In this document: positions 46,257 through 55,289 of the stretch, in pieces
How the letters are laid out: every line of letters begins with the position of its first letter
How positions within the stretch are numbered: position 1 is the first letter of the stretch
Assembly: GCA_009784825.1 (NCBI GenBank)
Contig: WQXO01000001.1
Location: 1,599 to 65,598, forward strand
Direction: 5' to 3'
Source of the DNA: Oscillospiraceae bacterium
GTDB lineage: Bacteria > Bacillota > Clostridia > Oscillospirales > Ruminococcaceae
Length of the DNA stretch: 64,000 nt
Position numbers and translations under genes: made by a program
Notes under the pieces: generated by a model
The model's input: the letters and a program-made list of their open reading frames with translations, nothing else
Databases searched by the model: none
What the model was told of the DNA's origin: nothing

Positions 46257-47726
46257 CTAATCACTAAATTCGATTTCTAATTCGTTACGGGCATAACCGC
46301 AGATTTCGAGCAATTTCTTACAAAGCATAACAGTATCATCGGCAGAACGGTGTGCTTCCAACCATAATCCGTTAGACAGTTTTCTGCTCACATATTTTAT
46401 ATCGGCTTGGTTATAGCTGAAATAGATTTGGTTAAGCGGGTTAAGGTCTTGATATTTATCGAACTGGGCAACAACGTATGGGCTTTTTAATATAAGAATT
46501 TCACAGATTTTTACTAACATATCCTGCCAATCATGAACCGCTACTTTTCTGGTGAACATGGTAAAGCTGACAGGGGTTCTGTTGGAATATATACCGACAT
46601 CGGGTACAGGTAATTCGGGAACGGGTTCGGGTTCGGGAACAGATACCGGTTCAGCTTCCGACGGCAAATCCGGCAGTGTCGGTTCAGACTCAATTGCGAA
46701 CTCTGACGGAATTTCTATATCAGTAGACTGCATTTCTTGCGGCTCCGGTTCGGGTTCCTCCTGCACCGGTTCAGCCTCTATTGCGAACTCTGACGGAATT
46801 TCTATATCAACAAACGGTTCTTCTTCATAAATTTCCGCTTCGGGTTCGGGTTGAGTTTCATAAACGGGTTCGGGTTCTTCTTCCGCCTCCGGTAATGCCG
46901 GCTCCGGTTCTATGGCAAACTCCTCAGGCACTTCTATATCGACAGACGGCTCTTCCTCGTATGCTTCGGGTTCGGGTTCTGTTTCCGGTTCTACCTGTGG
47001 AGGAAACTCCTCTTGTGCCGGTTCGATTTCATTCCCGTATGCAATATCTTCGTCGTTATCAAACAAGTTTTCTTCAAAGATAGAGGGTACTCCCGATTGC
47101 CCGTCAACACCTATTTCGTTCCCATAAAACGGACTGTCATATGAAAACTCGATAGCGTCTAACACCACTTCCTCTTCTTCTTCAAATTCATCTTCCTCGG
47201 CTACCTCGTTTGTGCTGTTAAAATCAACCGAATATACATCGTCTTCATCTTCATAATCGTCTTGAGCGGGTTCGTCGTTTATTTCTCCGACAAATTTCCC
47301 CAAATCGTCGATAATTTCATCAACCTCGGCAACTTGGTCTATACTGTCTTCCTCATCGTCTATGTATTCTTCATCTTCTTCATATTCGTCGAAATCGTCA
47401 CTGTCAAAATCGACGTTGTCGAAATCTATCGAATCATCTGTGGCAACCTCAGAAAGCGGGGGAGGCGGAGGTTGCGCCGGTGAAGCGGGAGCAGCTTGTG
47501 AAAATTCCAAACCGCTGGTTTTCAGCTGGGACTGGAATGTATCCACCGCACTTTTTAAGCCTTTCATTTTTCGCAGAGCTTGAAACGCTTCCGCTTGCGT
47601 TTTATGCGAAAGCTCATCGTCCTCTATATCAATCGCCGAATGATACAGGTCACGATTTTTCTTTTCGGCGGCATTAATTTCGTTGACGATTTCAGCCATA
47701 AGTTGATTGATTCTATCCATCTGCAT
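46257..47726 (-). CDS. acidic repeat protein (coiled-coil N-terminus, D/E/P-rich repeats, globular C-terminal domain)
   Basis: 489 aa. Tandem DIE(V/I)P(E/S)EFAIE.EP repeats. GGGAGG SD. Confidence 0.6.
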   Translation of the reverse strand: MQMDRINQLMAEIVNEINAAEKKNRDLYHSAIDIEDDELSHKTQAEAFQALRKMKGLKSAVDTFQSQLKTSGLEFSQAAPASPAQPPPPPLSEVATDDSIDFDNVDFDSDDFDEYEEDEEYIDDEEDSIDQVAEVDEIIDDLGKFVGEINDEPAQDDYEDEDDVYSVDFNSTNEVAEEDEFEEEEEVVLDAIEFSYDSPFYGNEIGVDGQSGVPSIFEENLFDNDEDIAYGNEIEPAQEEFPPQVEPETEPEPEAYEEEPSVDIEVPEEFAIEPEPALPEAEEEPEPVYETQPEPEAEIYEEEPFVDIEIPSEFAIEAEPVQEEPEPEPQEMQSTDIEIPSEFAIESEPTLPDLPSEAEPVSVPEPEPVPELPVPDVGIYSNRTPVSFTMFTRKVAVHDWQDMLVKICEILILKSPYVVAQFDKYQDLNPLNQIYFSYNQADIKYVSRKLSNGLWLEAHRSADDTVMLCKKLLEICGYARNELEIEFSD

Positions 47727-47830
47727 AAAAATTTCCTCCCGTATTACCTTAATTTTAGGTTAATTAAATATATAATAACATAATAACTAAGAAAAGTAAA
47801 CAAAAATTTTAAAATTTATATAAAAATTTT

Positions 47831-47858
47831 AGGGATTGTCATAAAATTGACAATCCCT
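47831..47858. terminator. perfect hairpin terminator
   Basis: AGGGATTGTCA TAAAAT TGACAATCCCT. Confidence 0.7.
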
Positions 47859-47879
47859 GTTTTCTTTCCGAGCGATTTC

Positions 47880-48557
47880 TTAATAAAATTTCATGGTTTG
47901 AAAAGCCCCGTAAGTATAAGCCGCAGGCAGGGCAACCGACAAAACAGCCATTAATATGTCGATGGGCGTACCGCTCAAGGAGGTTAAAAGGCTAAACCCG
48001 CCTAATGCTAACATTATTATTCCGAGAACAAGGCATTTTTTCGCACCGTCACCGTCCTCATGATATTTTATTCCCATAAATCCCGCAACAACTCTAAATG
48101 CCACATTTGCAATGCCGATAAATGCAATAATCATTGCAAACCCTCTCATACCTGCACCCATAGCACCGTCAAACTCGCTGAACAAAGCGAAAATAACGAT
48201 TAAAGCCGGAATTAACACTATCAAATCAATAACAGCGAAAACCAGCATAACGCCGCCTGCGATTTTAAGAATGCTTTTTTCACTTTTGCCTTTTTTCGCA
48301 AAATAATCTTCAAGTGCCTGACTGCCTGTTGTGTTGGGTTGGTCAAACGAGGTTGGTTGGTTAAACGAATTAGATTGTGCGGGATAATTGGGTTGCCCGG
48401 GTTGAGCGAACCCCATTCCGTCCGACATGGGTGTCTGTGTCGGATATTCGTATTGTTGCTGAGGTTGAGCGGGCGGGGGTGCTTGCTGGAGAACCCCGCA
48501 TATAGGGCAATACCCGTTTTCGTTTAGTTTTGACCCGCAGGTCGCACAATATTTCAT
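47880..48557 (-). CDS. zinc-ribbon membrane protein with a P/Q-rich linker
   Basis: N-terminal CATCG..N9..CPICG zinc ribbon, a Q/P-rich spacer, and about four TM helices. Confidence 0.6.
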   Translation of the reverse strand: MKYCATCGSKLNENGYCPICGVLQQAPPPAQPQQQYEYPTQTPMSDGMGFAQPGQPNYPAQSNSFNQPTSFDQPNTTGSQALEDYFAKKGKSEKSILKIAGGVMLVFAVIDLIVLIPALIVIFALFSEFDGAMGAGMRGFAMIIAFIGIANVAFRVVAGFMGIKYHEDGDGAKKCLVLGIIMLALGGFSLLTSLSGTPIDILMAVLSVALPAAYTYGAFQTMKFY

Positions 48558-48585
48558 GGTTTTATCCCTCTTCTTTAGTTCTTTG

Positions 48586-50004
48586 TTAGTTTTTAAATAA
48601 ATCTGCCGCTATTTTTTTATCTTCCTCGGTTAAAGCGTGTGGGCAGTTTTCTTCGCCTAAAAACTTCGGTAAATCCATTCCCGCCTGTTTAAACACCTCA
48701 TTCAACGGGGGAACAGCTTTCATCATACCTGACAGAAAGTTCGCTGTAGAACTCTTTCCGTCTGCTCCGTTACCCGAATCCCATACCGTGACCTTATCAA
48801 TCTTGATGTTTTTAATCGCTTCAACCTGCACACGCATGAGTGCTTCAAGCTTGTCAGCGACAATCAGCTTAACAGCGTCTTCTGCTGTACCTGCCGCACC
48901 GACTAATTCACGCATACCGTCTGCCTGTTTTGTAAGGATTTCCTTTGCACCGTTCGCTTGTGCTTCCATTCGGGCGAATATAGCGTCTGCGTCACCCTTT
49001 GCTTTTTGGCGAACCACCTCTGCCTGTGCTTGTGCCGCAATAACCGCTTGTTGCTTTTCGATTTCCGCTTTAATAATAACGTCAGCTTGTTGAGTTGCAC
49101 GTTCCAAATCCGCACGAACCTGCTCGGCGTGCTTTTCAGCTTCATAAGCTTCTTCCTTAGCTCTTGCCGCTTGAACCGCTTCTGCTGCAGTAGCGACTTT
49201 TAACGCTTCCGCTTCTTTTTCACGGCGAACCGCCTCTGACTGTGCTACTTGAACCTTTGCCGAGTTTTCACCCTCGATAGCCGTAGCGTTGGCACTTGCA
49301 ACTTGAACACGCTGGTCACGCTGAGCGTTGGCTTGACCGATAGCACCGTCACGGTCCTTTTCCGCAACAGACTTTTTCGCATCGTTAATCGCTTTAGCCG
49401 CCGCCTCTTTACCTAATGCTTCTATGTAGCCTGCCGCATCATTAATATCGGTGATGTTTACGTTAATCAGACGCAGACCGATTTTCTTCATCTCGCCCTC
49501 TACGTTGTTGGAAACCGCCGCAAGGAACTTATCACGGTCAGAGTTAATTTCCTCAATGTCCATCGTAGCAATTACCAAACGTAACTGACCTAATATAATA
49601 TCCTTTGCCAAATCTTGAATCTCGCTCATTCTCATTCCGAGGAGGCGTTCTGCCGCATTTTGCATAACACCCGGTTCTGTGGAGATACCGACTGTAAACC
49701 TTGAGGGTACATCAACACGGATATTCTGCTTAGAAAGTGCGTTTTTCAAATCCACGTTAATGGAAATGGGGGTTAAGTCCATATACTGGAACGATTGAAT
49801 TACAGGCCAGATGAACGATGCACCACCGTGGATACACTTAGCACTTCTCGCCTGTCCGTCCTTGTCTGAACCCACCTTACCATATTTAACAAGGATTTTG
49901 TCTGACGGACACTTCCTGTAACGGGAGAGTATCCAAATAAAAAATACGAAGAATACGATAGCAAGACCTATGCCCAAATAAAGTAAAATTTGCATTAAAT
50001 CCAT
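48586..50004 (-). CDS. floT: flotillin (SPFH/band-7 family, FloT/YuaG-like)
   Basis: N-terminal TM helix, SPFH domain, and a long A/E/Q-rich flotillin repeat region. AGGAGG SD. Confidence 0.85.
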   Translation of the reverse strand: MDLMQILLYLGIGLAIVFFVFFIWILSRYRKCPSDKILVKYGKVGSDKDGQARSAKCIHGGASFIWPVIQSFQYMDLTPISINVDLKNALSKQNIRVDVPSRFTVGISTEPGVMQNAAERLLGMRMSEIQDLAKDIILGQLRLVIATMDIEEINSDRDKFLAAVSNNVEGEMKKIGLRLINVNITDINDAAGYIEALGKEAAAKAINDAKKSVAEKDRDGAIGQANAQRDQRVQVASANATAIEGENSAKVQVAQSEAVRREKEAEALKVATAAEAVQAARAKEEAYEAEKHAEQVRADLERATQQADVIIKAEIEKQQAVIAAQAQAEVVRQKAKGDADAIFARMEAQANGAKEILTKQADGMRELVGAAGTAEDAVKLIVADKLEALMRVQVEAIKNIKIDKVTVWDSGNGADGKSSTANFLSGMMKAVPPLNEVFKQAGMDLPKFLGEENCPHALTEEDKKIAADLFKN

Positions 50005-50041
50005 TGATAGTTCCTCCTAAATAAAGTGATTTGTTTTATAT

Positions 50042-50659
50042 TTATATTTTTTCTACCACTAATACATTCTCGCCCAGAATATCGATTACCCGAACCTTGG
50101 TATTGTTTGGAATGTCGCTTTCCTCATCTGTAACAGCTTCAAATTCCACAAGGCGTTCACTGGTTTGCACCATAACCTTACCCACACCCTCGCCTTTCGG
50201 CGGAATTGTAAGGTAGACCGTTCCCATGCTGCCTAAGAGGTTTTTGACATTCAGTGTACCCGTCTGTGCTAACTTAGTCAGATAGAACATCAATTTCGCT
50301 AAAGTGTACATTATAGCAAAACCGGACACAAACGCAATCGGAAGTGCAATCAGCAGAATAATCCCGCTACCGTATAACGCTAACGAAACCCAACCGAACA
50401 CACACAGAAATGACATAATCCCTTGTAGGGTAAACATGCTCGCTATCCCGAAGTCGCCCGCTCCTGCGTCTGCGTCTGCACCTGTGTCTCCTGTGTCTAT
50501 ATCGCCGTCAATCCCGCCTGTATCGGTTTCTCCCCCGCCTGCACCGATTAGAATAAGAATTGTTTGCAAAATCAACACAATAGATGACGGCACTGCGATA
50601 CAGCACAACAACTTTTGAATTGTATCCATGTTTTCCCAAATACTGCTGAACCATTCCAT
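50042..50659 (-). CDS. NfeD-like membrane protein (YuaF-like partner of flotillin)
   Basis: AAAGGTGGTGA SD favours the start at 50659 (MEWFSS..). TM helices and a C-terminal OB-fold-like GKVMVQTSERLVEFEAVT...VRVIDILGENVLVVEK. Confidence 0.75.
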   Translation of the reverse strand: MEWFSSIWENMDTIQKLLCCIAVPSSIVLILQTILILIGAGGGETDTGGIDGDIDTGDTGADADAGAGDFGIASMFTLQGIMSFLCVFGWVSLALYGSGIILLIALPIAFVSGFAIMYTLAKLMFYLTKLAQTGTLNVKNLLGSMGTVYLTIPPKGEGVGKVMVQTSERLVEFEAVTDEESDIPNNTKVRVIDILGENVLVVEKI

Positions 50660-50893
50660 TGAGCTCACCACCTTTCGTTCTTGTGTAAAATTTGTGTAAA
50701 TTTTATTTACCACCGTTTAAATTATAACAATGTTTTCATATAAAGTCAATATGTTTCTTGAAATTTAGCAATGTTCACATAAGACAAGCGTTCTATTTGT
50801 AAAATATATATAAATTTTGAAAAAGCTATTGCTTTTTATCGAATTAGATGATACACTTTATGTAAATTGAATTTACTGAACAGAGGTGAATAT

Positions 50894-51355
50894 ATGGACG
50901 GCACACAACTCGGAAAAAAACTAAAAGAAGCACGCCTTTCAAAAAAGATGACACAGTCGGACGTTGTCGGGACTTTTATAACTCGTAACATGCTCAGTCA
51001 AATCGAAAGCGGGGCGGCGTTCCCGTCTTTGCGGACATTGGAATATTTGGCGAACACGTTAGAAATACCCATGCATTGTTTAATTCCCGATAACGCAGAT
51101 ATTCCTGCCGATGACCCTTTCCCTCCCGAAAATGACAGCAATGACATTGAGCTTGTTTTAAAACCAACCGTTGATATAATCACTTCATGCAAGAACGCAT
51201 TTCTGCGAGAGGATTACGCTTATGTAATCGCCAACGAAGACCGCTTAACCGATAAAAGTAAACACTATTACAATGAGGGGGTTGCGTTGCTTGCGAAAGC
51301 GTGTTTGAGAATGACAGTGAAAACATTATTGGTACTTGATGAATTGTCAGATTAA
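50894..51355 (+). CDS. XRE-family HTH transcriptional regulator
   Basis: LGKKLKEARLSKKMTQSDVVG..ISQIESG. AGAGGTG SD upstream of the ATG at 50894. Divergent from the NfeD-flotillin operon. Confidence 0.75.
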   Translation: MDGTQLGKKLKEARLSKKMTQSDVVGTFITRNMLSQIESGAAFPSLRTLEYLANTLEIPMHCLIPDNADIPADDPFPPENDSNDIELVLKPTVDIITSCKNAFLREDYAYVIANEDRLTDKSKHYYNEGVALLAKACLRMTVKTLLVLDELSD

Positions 51356-51372
51356 ACAGAAATATATAAAAA

Positions 51373-51410
51373 AGGGGACGGATTTGAAATTCCGTCCCGT
51401 TTATTTTAAT
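51373..51410. terminator. hairpin terminator between convergent genes
   Basis: GGGGACGGA .. TCCGTCCC followed by GTTTATTTT. Confidence 0.7.
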
Positions 51411-51417
51411 GTAATTA

Positions 51418-52131
51418 TTATTCCCGCTCGGGTGCTGTTTGTTCTGATAAATCCGGCTCGGTTACAGGTTCAGTCGGCTCGGGAGCTTCATTGGGTTCAA
51501 CTGCCGGTTCCGGAGGTTCAACAGGCTCTGCCTCATCGGTTTTTAGGTTTTCGAGAATAGCTTTAGGTTCCATTGATTTTCTTAACATATCAACGATATT
51601 TATGAATTTCTTATCGTCTTTATTGTCGCTTAACGCTCTGTCAATCGACGAATTAAGATTTCTGCCGAGAATATCAAGATTACCGGTAAGATTTGCCAAC
51701 GCCTCTTGTTTTGCAGAAACATCATACCCCTTAGCACGGTCTAATCCGATTTCGGCAGAAAGCGTCCTCGCACGGTTTTCTATACCCAATCTTGCACTGT
51801 TCATCGCTTGTAATGACGACAATGCCCCTTTTCCGCCGAAGAAAGTTTCTGCATCAAAAGTTCCCGCACCCCATATGCTGTTTGAACCCGAGTTAGGATT
51901 GTTCATGTAAGAAAACAGGGTGGCTATTCCGCTTGCCGCACTTGTGTTCATGGTGACGGCAGACATTTTCGCTTCTTGAAGCTGTTCGGTCAACCCCGAC
52001 ATTTTCTCGCCGTATTCCTTTGAGTTCATCTCGCCGGATTTAGATTTTAACTCAGCAATTTCGTTCTTGACCGCACGAACATTCATATTATTATTTATGT
52101 TGCCGGACATAAGAGAATTAATAGTAGCCAT
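51418..52131 (-). CDS. hypothetical protein with a P/E-rich C-terminal tail
   Basis: 237 aa. GAAGGAG SD. No signal peptide. C-terminal EPVEPPEPAVEPNEAPEPTEPVTEP. Confidence 0.5.
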   Translation of the reverse strand: MATINSLMSGNINNNMNVRAVKNEIAELKSKSGEMNSKEYGEKMSGLTEQLQEAKMSAVTMNTSAASGIATLFSYMNNPNSGSNSIWGAGTFDAETFFGGKGALSSLQAMNSARLGIENRARTLSAEIGLDRAKGYDVSAKQEALANLTGNLDILGRNLNSSIDRALSDNKDDKKFINIVDMLRKSMEPKAILENLKTDEAEPVEPPEPAVEPNEAPEPTEPVTEPDLSEQTAPERE

Positions 52132-52226
52132 GATATACTCCTTCCTGTATAAATAAAGACAACTAAGCTGTTTCTTTTTATATCGGCGTAAACTTAGAAA
52201 ACTTTAGCGAATTTTGAAAAATATTT

Positions 52227-55200
52227 TTAATATCTCCTTAACCCTTGCAAGACTAACATAATAACTAACCACACTAAATTGTAAACAATAATAGATGAAG
52301 CCGTCAACATTCCGGGTAACACAAACAGAACAAATATCAACCCCAGCCCACCTGCCAAGAACAATCCCGTAAGCATGGAGGCGGACGTAACCGTCATATC
52401 CCGCATCATTGTTTTCGCACAGACCAACGCTTTTGCTAAAGACGTAAACGTGCCGTTACAGGCGATTTCCGAGCTTCCGCGAGAGGTATAACGTGAATAA
52501 TCGTCGAATTTTTTATGCAAGTCAAACGGGAGAATCTTAATTTTCTCGGGGTTAATCTCAAATATATCGGCAATTTTGTTCACAGAAACTAAGGAATCCT
52601 TCGTCTTCACCGCCAATGCTATTCCGTTGAACTCTAATTCCTTTAACCCGAGCTTTACAGCGGGATTTGCCAAAACCTCGATAAAGAACATTGCAATGGT
52701 TTCTCCGCCCACAGCGAGATAAACAACCTCCCCGTTATCGGGGCAGTGCTTGCGTTCTTTCTTTAATTCCGGAACATCAATGCTGTGGTGTTTCATTTGC
52801 TCACGATTGCCGAGCATAACTCTTTTTGTACCCATCCAACCGGTTATTCCCATGTTGACTTCATAAATGCAGTTCTCGATTTTATATAAAATCTCGTCGT
52901 CACCGGAAATCATGTCATAAAACATATGTGTCATAATCGAGTTTGTTTTTATCGCAAGGCTTGCCGCAATTACTATAGACTCATCTATTGAAACCGAATT
53001 AAGCGTTCCGGGTTTTTGACAGCGTTTCACGTTAAGGAACTTGACGCTTCCCGGTGGGAAAAGCAACCCTGCGTCAAGAACCACTGCGTTCGCCTTGGAA
53101 AATCTCTGTGCCGCTTTATACCCCATAACCACCGAGTCGGACTTTGACAGTGATTTCGATGCCCGTAAAAGCGGATTATTCACCAAAAACATGATTGAAA
53201 ACGGCGATGCTAAAACAATAAACGCTCCCCCCGCTGTTGCTGCCCAAACGAAATTCCTTTGCATTTCAACTAAAGCGGGGTCGGTAACCGGTACAAAATA
53301 CGCTATAACTGCTGTTAAGACCGCAACAATCGCACTAATCGGAGCTAATTTACGACAAATTAAATCTGCTAAGTCTGTGCAATAACTATTTTTTAGATAA
53401 TCGGTCAAAAACTCGGTTTTTCTAAGGAACACAGGGGCGTGCATTTCTGTAAGAATTCCTTTTGTTAAAGCTCCTGCCGCTTCGTCTGAGTCTGCCATGT
53501 GAGCGAAATATTTCACGGAATCTCCCGATATAAAGCGGAAATTTCGTTTCGCCCTTGCTATCATCATCAGCTTACCCAAGGTGTTTAAGGTCAACGCCAT
53601 AAGTGCCACACTTACGTATATATGTGCGTGACCCTGCTGGAAAAGGTTGGTATTGTTTAAATGAACTGCTGCGGCTGCTACAGTTAAAACACACGGAATC
53701 GCTACAATGCTGTCACAGTCGGCTTTCCGAGTGAACACCCCTTGTATCCCTCTCAGGATTACTCCCGAGCATAGCGACATTCCTATCACGCCCGCAATTA
53801 AATTAATAAGAATCAGCGTAGTTGTATAATTGTTAAAATCGCTCCCGAACAATTCGTTGATTATATATTTGCGAAGCGGGTTATCAACGCTCGAATCGTG
53901 CAGGAAGGTTACAAAGGTCAAGCATGCCGTCAGCAAAAACAACAGAACAAACCGCCATTTTAAACCCTTGTGCGATTCGTTTAAGTCTTCCCAGATTTGT
54001 GTTCCGGCGTCAAAATCGTCAAACTCGTCGGATTCGCCGTCTTTGTTATCGTCATCTTCCTCTTCATAATCGTCTTCATCTAAATCTTCAAGAATAAAAT
54101 CACGGATTTTCCGTTTTTTCTTTTTGCCTAATTCTCTTTCCTCAAGCTGGCGGAACATTAAATCGGAGGACGGCAAAACCGCCGAATCCTCGATAATCTG
54201 CTTTTTATAGTCGATGTTCAGCTTGCTCGGAAGTGTTCTGCCTTTATAGTCGCCACCGCTCGCAACCGAGGAAAGTGTTTCCACGGTAAGCGTTCTGCGT
54301 GCGTTAATATCAGATTCTCTCTTTTTCGCTAAAGCGGAATTGAGCGATTCCAATAACGCTGTATTACTTCGATTAACCTTAGGGTCTACTGAGTTTTTCG
54401 CCAAAGGCTTTGAGAAAGAGGGGGTATATTCCTTAACCTGCTCAAGCGAATCCGAAGCATCGTCCTCGTCATAATCATCTTCATCATCGCCTAAGTCCCG
54501 TGTGATTTTAACCCCGATTACATCTGCATCTTCAACAGGCGTTTCTAATTCCTTTACGTCATACGGGTTAATCCCGTCAATTATATCGTCGGGGTCTTCA
54601 AGGGATAAATCCTTTTGTAAAAGCTCTTCTTCCCGCAGTTTTTGTAAGCGTTCTTTTTCCTCGGGCAGGAGATAGTTCGGTTTGGGAACAGGGGCTTTTT
54701 CAATTGGTGCGGGCGGCTCTAACAAAGCCACTCCCGTTTTAGTCAAAACGGATATTTCGTGGGTTGCGTGCCGCTTTATTCTTCTGACCGGTTCTGCCTC
54801 GAGCGGTTTCTCTAATTCAACTGTCGGTTTATCAACAATCTTTTTTGATTGATTTTCGGGCGGTTTTTCAGAAACAGCCTGCGGTGTGGGTGTTGTTTCC
54901 TTTTTAGGAGCGGGTTTTACCGTTTTTTCGGGCGGCTGGAAGCGTTGAATTTTCACCGGTTTAACCGGCTTAAACTCTTTTTCTGAACCGGTATCAGAAT
55001 CAAGACTATCCGCTTTTTTAGGAATTGTATTAATTATCTGCGTAACGCTTATTTCGGGTTTCTTGGGCGGTTGAACGGGTTTTGCCCCGAAACGCCTCTT
55101 TTCTATTTCGGCTAATTCTGCTGTAAGCGATTCCGCATCTTCCTTAGAAAGTGTCGGCGGAGCCGGAACGGGCTTCGGCAAAGGCTGTGGTTTTTCATCA

Positions 55201-55289
55201 GTCTCGGCAGAAGCCGCCGAAACATACGGTGTCTTCTTTTTACCGTCTAATTCTTTTAATATATCATCAACGGAAAACTTGTCACTCAC
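52227..55289 (-). CDS. 1020-aa membrane protein: disordered K/P/E-rich N-terminal half + catalytically degenerate P1B-type ATPase-like core
   Basis: The TM and cytoplasmic-domain order resembles a heavy-metal P-type ATPase, but the key motifs are replaced. CPC becomes SPF. DKTGT becomes DAGLL (53061-53075). TGDN becomes TKDS. GTG start with GGGAGGTGG SD, abutting the rlmB stop. Confidence 0.6.
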   Translation of the reverse strand: MSDKFSVDDILKELDGKKKTPYVSAASAETDEKPQPLPKPVPAPPTLSKEDAESLTAELAEIEKRRFGAKPVQPPKKPEISVTQIINTIPKKADSLDSDTGSEKEFKPVKPVKIQRFQPPEKTVKPAPKKETTPTPQAVSEKPPENQSKKIVDKPTVELEKPLEAEPVRRIKRHATHEISVLTKTGVALLEPPAPIEKAPVPKPNYLLPEEKERLQKLREEELLQKDLSLEDPDDIIDGINPYDVKELETPVEDADVIGVKITRDLGDDEDDYDEDDASDSLEQVKEYTPSFSKPLAKNSVDPKVNRSNTALLESLNSALAKKRESDINARRTLTVETLSSVASGGDYKGRTLPSKLNIDYKKQIIEDSAVLPSSDLMFRQLEERELGKKKKRKIRDFILEDLDEDDYEEEDDDNKDGESDEFDDFDAGTQIWEDLNESHKGLKWRFVLLFLLTACLTFVTFLHDSSVDNPLRKYIINELFGSDFNNYTTTLILINLIAGVIGMSLCSGVILRGIQGVFTRKADCDSIVAIPCVLTVAAAAVHLNNTNLFQQGHAHIYVSVALMALTLNTLGKLMMIARAKRNFRFISGDSVKYFAHMADSDEAAGALTKGILTEMHAPVFLRKTEFLTDYLKNSYCTDLADLICRKLAPISAIVAVLTAVIAYFVPVTDPALVEMQRNFVWAATAGGAFIVLASPFSIMFLVNNPLLRASKSLSKSDSVVMGYKAAQRFSKANAVVLDAGLLFPPGSVKFLNVKRCQKPGTLNSVSIDESIVIAASLAIKTNSIMTHMFYDMISGDDEILYKIENCIYEVNMGITGWMGTKRVMLGNREQMKHHSIDVPELKKERKHCPDNGEVVYLAVGGETIAMFFIEVLANPAVKLGLKELEFNGIALAVKTKDSLVSVNKIADIFEINPEKIKILPFDLHKKFDDYSRYTSRGSSEIACNGTFTSLAKALVCAKTMMRDMTVTSASMLTGLFLAGGLGLIFVLFVLPGMLTASSIIVYNLVWLVIMLVLQGLRRY

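Noticed and set aside
51418-52131. A flagellin-like reading of the 237-aa protein (N-terminus MATINSL.., with a central ..SARLGIENRARTLSAEI..).
   Set aside because: The resemblance is limited to a few residues. The length and the P/E-rich C-terminus do not fit flagellin, and no flagellar genes are nearby.
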